A DNA stretch of 59,628 nucleotides, the filler included, from Basidiobolus ranarum (lineage: Eukaryota), in NCBI GenBank assembly GCA_040143965.1. It is 12 parts of 12 records of this genome, joined end to end, with 100 filler letters (N's around TTAATTAATTAA, not from the genome) between each part and the next. Parts side by side here need not be neighbours in the genome. Positions count along the whole stretch, not along the records: positions 49,802 to 54,665 come from JASJQH010001803.1; positions 54,766 to 59,628 come from JASJQH010001804.1; 10 more parts are not named here. The stretch is one strand, 5' to 3'. Each line of letters starts with the position of its first letter. Positions within the stretch are counted from its first letter, which is position 1. The notes under the pieces are model-generated. The model saw nothing but the letters and a program-made list of their open reading frames with translations, did not search any database and was not told the origin of the DNA. This document shows positions 49,802 to 59,628 of this stretch, one piece after another. A program made the position numbers and the translations under genes.

Positions 49802-50233
49802 TCAGTCTGATCCCCAACTGCGACGTTTTCAGCCCTACTGCGATAGTTGTATCCACGAGATCTGGCTACGTCTCCCATATCTGAGCGGTCAGAACGATTA
49901 TGGGTCATCTGGTGACGATCAGCTTGGCTTTGAGAATGGTGTTGTGCATCTTCATTCAAATCCCTACAGTTAAGCAAAAGGTAAACAAAATGAATACAAA
50001 ATCCAGTCTAATCCTTAGCACACAGTTACTCAATGGAGCAACATCGCACACAACATAGATAACCACTTGGTAAACAAGAATGTGTCACATTACCCATTCA
50101 CTATCAGAGGCTTCAACCCACGTGAGACTCTTTCTTGGTTGATCAAACAAACCAAGCGTTCGACTGAGAATGCATGGGCGGTCCAGGAGACAATGAGTAT
50201 GAGGAATATGGTGTGGATGGCAGTGAGATTCAT
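49802..50233 (-). CDS. Secreted CAP/SCP-domain protein, 3'-truncated
   Basis: Signal peptide MNLTAIHTIFLILIVSWTAHA, LVCLINQERVSRGLKPL, intron, then AQHHS...QMTH...RGYNYRSRAENVAVG. Confidence 0.85.
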
Positions 50234-52100
50234 TTTGGTAGAGCTGTATTATCGATGGCACTGTTGATGATAGAGGCGATAGTCGGTTTGCTAGTGCTAG
50301 TGTTGTCCTTGATAGTTTGCAATGATGACTGATGATGTGGCGACTTGATGCTTATATTCAATTCAGACTATACTTCGGACAAACTCACTCACTGATGAGC
50401 AAATACTTCCGTGGCAGAGAGCTCATTATTGTCCATTTGGGCACAATCTATCGGTTGCATGACTGCATGCTGGTAGACAAGTATCGGAGAGTAGCAAATT
50501 TAGGAACAACTTTCGGTTGGCATCTGCACCCATCCATTGGACTAGCATGACGTTGAGAATGCTTAGCATAGATCTGGTTAGTGTTGCAGCAGATCTTAAT
50601 GGCTTTTAGGGAAGAGGATACAAAGTTTTCAACAATGGATAATCTGTTGACATCTCGGAAACAACTGGCTATATTGTTAGTTTGTCAATATTTGTTGGAG
50701 AGTACAGGAGATCTGATGTTCTTTGAAGCTTTTATAAGGCTAAGCATTTGTTAGATTTGTTCTGCATGGAATAAAGTATCTTCTAGTATAAATAGTATAT
50801 ATTACTAACCATGAAATACAACTAATATCGTCCAATTTGAAGATTGTAACTTTCATTCCAAACGATTCTTGAAATCGGCTTTGGCGCTAATGTTTTCATT
50901 CTATTTAGTGATATGGTTATGCACTACTTGATGTGTTACAGCAATAGAATCACCCATATCCACACATCAATCTAGAATGTACATCCATCTTAATCTAGAG
51001 CAAGGTCACAATTGAACTTTTTGCCAGAATAGTACGACAGAAGATGTATCTTATCGTAGTGCACCTAAATGTATATATATCCATATACTGGTTTATTCAC
51101 TATGTAACTATGCTCCGTTCTGGCCAAAATAGTCTACTTCAGGGGCGCTCTGTATGAATGCTATTCGGACTGGATAATTTTGGTTGACATTGAAAATGGT
51201 GGTTTAACCATGTCTACATAGCCAATACAGCCTAATGTAGTACGAAATTTATTCTATAAAATGATTGGATGGAGACTGTACCTTCAGTAGTAATTTTAAG
51301 TATACATAGTGGAGTTCAAGTGCTTAGGCAGTCGGGTAATGAATCTACATGAGACAACCTCGTTTGATTTAACTATCTCTGTTATTGCTCTACCTGCTAG
51401 CAATCACCCATCGAGCTACGATGGTCTATTTCGGTATTTAATCGGTTTGGTTGACAAGTCAGGATGTAACTAAATTCGATTCTTATCGATTTATTGACGA
51501 ATTTATTAGAAGAGGCCGAAAGTTATCGGTTTTGATATTAGAATGCGCTAGTACCTCTTACTAAGCATAGAAGGTATTTATACCATATAGTAAGAACTAG
51601 AACTAGAACCAGATCCATTCAACTGTAAACCCCCCTGATTATTATATCAGAAACTCCTATCGGTTATATTTGGTAGAGGAATTTTCTTTTCTTTTAGGGA
51701 CCATCCCTGAATTGGGCGATTTTTCAAATATTAGAGTTGCAATACACTCGGCTAAATTTCCATATTATTCATACCCATTTCGACTGATTGGATCGAGAGC
51801 ACCGAGCAGTGTAACAATTACTCATAATACCTGTGACAGGGGTACATCGAAATTCCCTAACAGGAAAGGTAACCATTCAACCCTAAACCTCTCATATCTT
51901 CCCACCCCTTTTTTACATTTGGAAGGTAGTCTAGCCCCAATTCTTTCGTATCACCATATACACACACAACTAAAATAATTATTCAGATATTATTTATGTG
52001 ATTTTAATGTATCAAATAAATCATAGAAATTTGTATTTACAGAGTAAAAAGAAATATATACATAACATCTCGTTCACTTTCAGCCTTAACCCTTAGCTTA

Positions 52101-52799
52101 CTACACTTCATTATTTTTCGTTTTGTCATGGGTTTTCATGTGTTGTCCAAGATTGTCTCTTCTGGAGAAGGTTTTTCCACATCCATCGAATTCACAGGTA
52201 TATGGACGTTCTAGAGTGTGCACCCGGAAATGTCTCTTCAAGTGTTCTAAACGTTTGAATCGCATTGGGCACCCTGGGAATTGACATGAATGCATTTTAC
52301 GATCAACTGAATCTTCTTGATTTCTGTTAAGATATGATTGTGATGGTTGGTACGGGTGGACACGATGAACCGCTGTCATATTGGCTAGTGGTCGAGTGTG
52401 CCAAGTCTCAGTGCAGGATATATCTTTGGAAGCTACAGGGCGGAGCTTCATAGTAGACACCTTAAATGGTTTGGATACCTGTTTGGAATCTGTGGTCGGA
52501 GTTGGAAACTCATATGAAGAGCCAGAACCAGAGCTACAGGAATCGTCGGTTGGCTCGAAATTCAGAAGCTTATATATATTACTGACTCTGGGTGAATCTA
52601 CTGAGCTGGGTTCAGGTGAGAAAGAGGAAATACTGGACTGAGGACTGCTCGGGGCACTCGAGGAACAGGCATAATCGTAGGGTGAGGGGGTTTTAGAAAA
52701 TGAGTGGGAAGTGTTAACTTGATGTAAGATATTATTGAAGCTCAGTTTGCCACCCGAAATAAAAGGTTCAGTGGTCAAAGAATGATGGGAGATCAACAT
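52101..52799 (-). CDS. C2H2 zinc-finger transcription factor (Ser-rich N-terminus, two C-terminal fingers)
   Basis: [55 protein letters not shown]; start codon uncertain. Confidence 0.9.
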   Translation of the reverse strand: MLISHHSLTTEPFISGGKLSFNNILHQVNTSHSFSKTPSPYDYACSSSAPSSPQSSISSFSPEPSSVDSPRVSNIYKLLNFEPTDDSCSSGSGSSYEFPTPTTDSKQVSKPFKVSTMKLRPVASKDISCTETWHTRPLANMTAVHRVHPYQPSQSYLNRNQEDSVDRKMHSCQFPGCPMRFKRLEHLKRHFRVHTLERPYTCEFDGCGKTFSRRDNLGQHMKTHDKTKNNEV

Positions 52800-53589
52800 C
52801 GTCAAAGATAAGCCGAACTGCTGGAATAGGGTAGATTATTGTAAAAACGAGCTAGTGTTGCGATGGCTACAGTTCGGGTGGGAATGTCAACTGAATCCAG
52901 AAAAATATGAAGAACACAGTGTTCCGCTTTGCTTTTATAGAATCAATAAAATTGTTGTCTGGAAAAAAATCCGTAAAAAGGGTACAGTAAAGTGAAATTA
53001 GGGTAGGTTCTTCATTGGGGACCTTCCGGATTAATGTGGAGGGAAAGGAAAGCGTCAATTTCTCGTGATTTGCATCTCCAACAATTTCCAAATGGGTAAA
53101 CATTTTGGTAGGATACTCAATGGTAGCATATGATTGATTACTTGCCTTTTGCCAGAATGTGATTGCTTGTCCAATAGAAACTTGCAAACTTTAACTATTT
53201 CGAGTGTTTTGGGAATGGTGCAACTTTGAACGCGCAATGTGGATTGTAAGGTAACAGAAGAGAGTAAAGATAGATATTTCCTAACAAAGCCTATTTATGA
53301 CCCTTCTTTATTAGTGTGCAAGTGTTGGCTGAGTAATGGTGAATAGGTAATGGTGCTCGTTGATGTTTTCAACAGCTATCGTGCTCTTTTTGTGAGGAGA
53401 TGGTGAATCTGCTATTCCCTATTGGAAATGGCGAATCTGCATATTATTACCTATTGGATGGTGTTAAACCTGGAACTATGACCAAGTATCACAGATACCT
53501 GTAAAGGAATTAGTGCTTCGTAAGGATTATCTATAATGTGCTTAATACAAAAGTCAACGTGATTACCTCTGGTAGAATGGTATCTAGGG

Positions 53590-54665
53590 CTTAGACCATT
53601 TGGATCAAGTCGTACTGTCCATAGTAATTTATGCTCATCAGACCGAGTGAAAAGCGCAATATATTCTGTCCTAGATGTGTTCCAGATTTACGGTCTTCTA
53701 TGAGATATTCTTTTAAAATCTGCTCTCTTTCCTGAGGTGAAGCACTGTGAAATACTTGGAATACCAAATAGAGATGCTCCTTTTTTAGATGCTTCAACTA
53801 GGCTATAGAGAGAAATAAAAAGCGTACGTGGCATAGTCTTTTGTTGACATAGTTTAATACACCTGTCTTTAAACTGTTCAATATCTAAAGGTCCCGATAT
53901 ATCATAGAATATCAGGTAGAATATTAGCAATGTGGAGCGCCTGATAGTTTACTTTACCCATGACAGTTAACAGTATTCAATATCACAAATGGGCGGAAAA
54001 TCATATATCCAGGAAACTTAGTTCTCATGAGACTCAGGTATGGATTGTTGCTACTTTCTATGTAACGGGTTATTGTGGTACTGATTTGGCATTTCCAACA
54101 CAAGACATGAGTGGTCATTGCTTGGAATACAATGTCGTAAATTCCACCATCTTCATGCCGAGTTCAGCTAATTTCAATTCAATACTCCACTCCTTTTGAA
54201 ATCAGATGTAACTCATCCGGCAAGACCCCGTTTATACCCTCTCCACAAAGTATTACTTGTAACTCATCAAGTAACATTTCTCAGATATTGAATACCAGAG
54301 GTGTGTTGCAACACAGTTCATGCGTACCAAAGTTGAATAATCTGTTTTAGCTTAGCATCAGTGAGATGCTCTTGAACATAATCTAAAACACCTTTAGATA
54401 TATCAATGCCAACATGCTCATCACACTGTGATGTTGAATGTTCCCATAAGCATATGCGTTGCATGCCATCTCAAATTCTTCTAATACAGTTTTTTTCTGG
54501 CTGTTGACATCATTTCCTATTAAATATCTTACCAGTCGGTAAACACTCAAACCATCTCCAATGCCAACTATTACCCACTCTTTCACTGAAGAATGTAGAA
54601 ATACAATATCTTGCACTTCTCTTAACTCGACTTGATACTCGTGATTCTTGACCAGCCTGACCATA
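53590..54665 (-). pseudogene. Fragmented unidentified gene
   Basis: Consecutive protein-like frames and GT-AG-like sites with frameshifts and stops; no family recognised. Confidence 0.3.
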
Positions 54666-57600
54666 NNNNNNNNNNNNNNNNNNNNNNNNNNNNNNNNNNN
54701 NNNNNNNNNTTAATTAATTAANNNNNNNNNNNNNNNNNNNNNNNNNNNNNNNNNNNNNNNNNNNNAATAATGATAAGTGTTGGGATGATGGTGAGGTTTT
54801 ATAGTTTTGAAGTGGCTGGCAAATGGTTGCTGACCACAGATAATATTCCAGTCGGCATTTCGGATTCCGTTTTGAAGAGCATTCATTGACCCGAGAATTT
54901 TAGGAAAGATAATAGCAACTTTACAAGGTCGTTTTTGTCTCACCTTTATCGTGTGATCCGTTGCCATATCATAGCATCATGGTAGATTTTCACCTGACCA
55001 AAGAGACCTACATTCTCCTGTAGCCATATTAGGGCAGATCTTTAAGCTCTGTCGCAGATGGTACCCCAAAGAAAAGTGCGACCGAGACTCCAATTCAGAA
55101 AGTAATACAGATGAAGTTGACTCAACATTACGAAACCCCAAATTCCAAATGGTAGCTTTAGCGAGTCGCATGATGCAGTGTTTTTCCACCAATGGATGAG
55201 GACACTTGGTAAGAAATCCCTCAGACCATTCAAGATCAAGATCAGTGTTGGTTCCACACGGAGATGATTGGTGAGGAAGAGCAAGTATCAGATGATGGAT
55301 TTTCGGCACTATAGCGAACCCCGGAGGACCAGCATTCAACGATATAAAGAAGCGGAGTATATGATTGTTGAGCTTGTCATGATCGAAATGGGCGAACATG
55401 ATGAGGCTACTCCCGTGCAACTCCAATACCAAGTAGAAAGGTGTAACAAGAGACATTCTACAAACCATCCTCTTGTATGCCGAGCCTTCCATTCGCACGG
55501 TCTGGTGCATAGATATAAAGCATATATGAATTCTCGATTTCCCCACGAGATGTGATTTTCTAAAACCGTTTCATGCTACCCACGATAACCCAATTTCACC
55601 TCACCCTACCACTCGAAAATCTTTGGAATCCGTTATAGTAACATGCCTGAGGACCCTAACAAAACCAATAACCCACTGTGATCAGGAAAGCAGGTTTGAT
55701 TTAAGTGTGGGAAAAATTGGGTGAAAAATGGCCCTCGATTTTGAAGTGAGCTTGAAACTGCCTAAGCCTCAATTTGTTCCTGCCATAGTATTGGGTAAAG
55801 ATTGCCTGGGAGATCATGCTGCTGACGCTCTATTGCGTATGAATTGCCGTCCATACAAACATCGCCGTAAATGAATTAAAGTTTGTGTACAGATACCATT
55901 TGAATTTAGCAACAATGCCATTGAGAGCGTTTCTAGTTTGTTGCTCGTCATTGTGGAGGCTTTGCCAATATACATGTCATGCCAACTCACAAGAATGTTA
56001 TAATCGGTGACCTAGAATTTTCTTGTAATATCCTCATTTCCGTAACGCTCTGTGATATCCATTCTCGAAGTCATGACACTGTACCACGTTCTCTAATCTC
56101 ACAGCGTGACAGGTTTCATCAGTATGATCTAACGGATCTCTTAGAATCATCTATCTTAACTAGCAATGTCCACCAGACAATTCATGAGACATGTAGCAGA
56201 GTTTCTACTTTATGATCTCATACATCGTATGCTAATTCTACTCAAGAATACTGATTGTATATGCTTCCACTGAATGATGATCCAACGTGTATATATGTCG
56301 TCCACTATGGTAACCATTATATCAGGCAATCTGATTCCGCACTGTGAATTAAGCATGATCTTAAGACCACTAATCCAATTTACCAGTACTGGTTGAATAA
56401 ACAGGCTCAATACACATTCTGCTTATTCCCTACTACATATCTATGCTTCTATATAATGCAAAGGCACTTATGTGACAAGATAATATAAGCAATCCCTTTT
56501 AAAGCCAAGCTACCTTACACAGATTACAGCGCGATAAGGCGATTGAATGAGATGTAACGTAAAGCTAATTAGTAGAGATCGATCATTTTACACGTGGGAA
56601 GATTCCAGCCATGATGTACAACCAATAAATCGAGTGTATTTGAGTAGTTTAATTTACAATCATCCAAAGTTATTAATCTGAAAGCGAGTCTAGAGAATAT
56701 TCGTGTAAGAAGTATGATGCCTTTTTTCATCAAAGAGATGGCTGTTGACCATCTTTGAATGATTATGTCAATTTTAAACCTCTATTGGATTAAGATATAT
56801 AGCTTTACATCACACAGCAACTAGAGTTGAAGACCATTGATATGATGCTGCAAAAGCAATCTGCCCTAGTAGAAAAGAATGACAAATCTTTCATTAATAG
56901 CTGCTACTTTAAGTATTTAAATATTAGAGCTAGGTTTCTGAATATTCATGTAGTATGTTGCCTAAAATCTATATCCTTCATATACCGAGTGGGAACTTTC
57001 AGGACTCACAGAACCATTCCAGTAACTCTAGAATTTTATCAACACAATCCAGTTATCATTCTGCTTTATTTCTAATGTATTTATATATATTTATTTTGGA
57101 ATCAAACTTGCAGTTAATGTGAATCACGTATAACTTTGAAATGTCATCGATATTTCACTCCATCCCAACACCAATAGCAAGGATCTAGTACAATGAGCCA
57201 AAAGTTAGTGATTGATGTGGTATGCCTCATTCGTACATATTTAGTGACCTGGCACTGCTATTGAGGTATTAATGACAAATCTATCATCAAATACATTTCG
57301 AGTTTAAGTAAGCGTTATCTAGAAAGACAAATGTTTCATACATTAACCTTTCCCAAACTCTTCCCTCTATATTCCCGATACCTGAGCAACATGTCCCTAT
57401 TTTTAATTTTCCTTTGATGCCTGGCATCTGTACAAATCTTGATCTAATACCCAGTATAACAGTAAGTACAATTGACACATTTCTTCGAATTATTGTGAAC
57501 ATTTCCAATCTCAAATATTTGCACGAGATTGCAAGCATCAAACCCATTGTCACCCGCGATCTCTGCTGGGTTGCTATTTTCTATTGAAAAATTCCATCAT

Positions 57601-57961
57601 TTGGATTTACAACAAGTAGCCATATATTAAGGTAGCTTCAAAGGAACATAGATATTAAGACATTTTTATAAGAGAGGTATTTGTTCCTAAGGATCCAAAA
57701 GATGCCTTGAAATTCCAGAAGTACTTCTCAGAAGTCAACAGAAAATTCAACTCCGTTTGTCTGCAACAAATCATCCAATGTAGCATTGGAAACTTTGTAG
57801 AGCCTGTGCAAAGTCAAAAATACTGTGACTACTTCCTCAAGAGAAAACCAATCTCTCTTGGATAGAGCAAGAGTTTTTTGTAACGACCCATATTCAGTGA
57901 TTGATTTCATAAAGATTAGAGACAATTGTAGGAGTTGTTATTGAAATGGACATAGTCATCC

Positions 57962-58310
57962 TGTTAAAGTATTTTAGGAGCCTGTTGGAAGTGGTTTGGA
58001 GAAGTAGCAAAATTGGTGGTTTTCACTTCTTAATTTATTGAGTAGAGAGTTGACATTTATAGTTTTGTCAAGATCTAAGCAAATGCACGTGTAGAATGCG
58101 TTAAGGAAAGTCCCAGGAACATATGTGCAAAGTTTGGGGCTCCTAGCTCAAGTTTGAAAAATCTATATATCCGAGAACTTCTGAGTTGGTAAAAATATTT
58201 TAAGTAAATTCCAATTGAGAATAATGGTTGATATCTTAATATTTAGTTATCCTATATTCCGCTAAGCTATATATGACTATATAAGTATTTAGGTTATGCT
58301 AATTTCAACA
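57962..58310 (-). mobile_element. Family C3 solo LTR
   Basis: Full-length reverse match to 43574-43921. Confidence 0.9.
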
Positions 58311-58559
58311 CATTGACCAAAGGATTCTGGTACTGCAGTTGGGGCCATAAAAGCCAGGATCTCATTTCAGACATTCAAGATTTATCATCAAGAAGAGAAA
58401 AGACAGAGTCATGATAAATTCTAAAAAACACTGCTTTATTGGAAGTTGAAGATGATATCACTGGAAAGCTAATATAAGAGGAAAAAAAGAAATATGCTTT
58501 TTGTCATTACTGCTTAAAACCTACTGATTAGACTTAAGAGAGCAAAGCGAGGCATAGTA

Positions 58560-58890
58560 TGTTGAAGTACTTTGAGAGTTGCTGGAAGTGATTTGGAGAA
58601 CTAGGAGAATTGATGGTTTTCGTTTAATGATTTATGGAGTGTAAGTTGACATTCGTACTTTTATCTATAGATATGCAGACAAACAAGAAGAAAATGATCA
58701 GGAAAGTCTTAAAAATAAGTGTACAAACTTTGGGGTCTCCTGGACAAGTCTGAATAATCATACAATCTGAGGACTTCCAAGTTGGTAAATTTTGTAACTG
58801 AAATCCTCATCAAGTCATTGAACAATAAATAGTAAATTTAAGTAGGCAACCATACAACTATATAGATGCCTAAGCTATGGCATCTTGAAT
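58560..58890 (-). mobile_element. Degenerate C3-like LTR
   Basis: Diverged similarity to C3; a gag-knuckle-like remnant CHYCLKP lies just to its left on the plus strand. Confidence 0.6.
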
Positions 58891-59124
58891 GTATTAATCA
58901 ACAAACAGTAAAAAATGCACATTGATATTTTGTTTCAACAAAAGATAATCACTCATTGGCTTTACAATTATTGAGCACCTCTGATATAGTTGGAAATTGA
59001 ATACATTGCTTCAGCAACTTGGAATCAAAAATTGGGAATCAGCAAGTCACTCATTTATGCCTGTGACATGCCAAGTAAAATTTGTTGAGAATGAAGATAG
59101 TAAAGTCATTCAAGGCCAGGTTAT

Positions 59125-59628
59125 TATTGAGATTAGTATCACCTGAACACCTATATAGTCACTTATGGCTTAGTTTTTAGCTATCCTATATTTCACTAAG
59201 ATGTTACCCATTATTCTCCTGAAGAATTTGCTTGGAATATTGACACCAACTTGAGAGTTCTCAGGTATATAAGTGTTTTCAAACTTGCCCTAGATGTTGA
59301 AATTAGCATTGCCTAAACACCTATATAGTCATATATAGCTTAGTACTTGGTTATCTTATAATTTACTAATATATTATCCATTATTCTCATAAGGAATTTA
59401 CTTGGAATATTGACACCAACTTAGAAGTTCTCAGATATATAGATTTTTTTAACTTGAGCTAGAAGTCCCAAACTTTGCACACATGTTTCTGGGACCTTTC
59501 TTAACACATTCTATACATTAGTTTGTTTACATCTTGACAAAACTATAAATGTCAACTATCTACTCAATAAATCAATAAGTGAAAACCACCAATTCCTCTA
59601 ATTCTCCAAACCACTTCCAACAGGCTCC
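59125..59628 (+). mobile_element. C3 LTR (from 59295) nested in an older C3 LTR
   Basis: Outer copy breaks at ...AAACTTGCCCTAGA and a new TGTTGAAATTAGC begins. Confidence 0.9.

Noticed and set aside
54766-55555. Overlapping ORFs on both strands at the start of the last contig
   Set aside because: No recognisable motif or consistent frame; one ORF runs into the N gap.
57287-57925. Short minus-strand ORFs, possibly TE-derived
   Set aside because: No motif strong enough to assign.

Overview
Eukaryotic, AT-rich, intron-containing fungal DNA. The gene set suggests an early-diverging, Basidiobolus-like fungus (inference only). The window is not one locus: it is 12 unrelated contigs of steadily decreasing length (4891 to 4863 bp) joined by artificial 100-bp linkers (44 N + TTAATTAATTAA + 44 N). 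Host genes: intronless SF3B1/HSH155, 5' part of MLH1, an AZF1-like and a second C2H2 zinc-finger gene, an HSF-type factor with a decayed tandem copy, a KRE6/SKN1-like GH16, a SABATH-type carboxyl methyltransferase, an HHxxxDG alcohol-acyltransferase-like gene with a probable premature stop, a CAP/SCP protein, and several pseudogenes. Roughly half the window is nested TE debris: Ty1/Copia elements with half-tRNA-iMet primer sites, several solo-LTR families, and CACTA/CMC transposase remnants plus a CCCTA-ended MITE. The TE DNA is almost devoid of CpG. The most unusual element is a 283-bp solo-LTR-like insertion with a perfect 5-bp TSD that carries a complete 73-nt tRNA-shaped Pol III unit; related copies occur on two other contigs, reminiscent of 5S-carrying Cassandra elements. 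Counts and alignments were done by eye, and boundaries of decayed elements are approximate.
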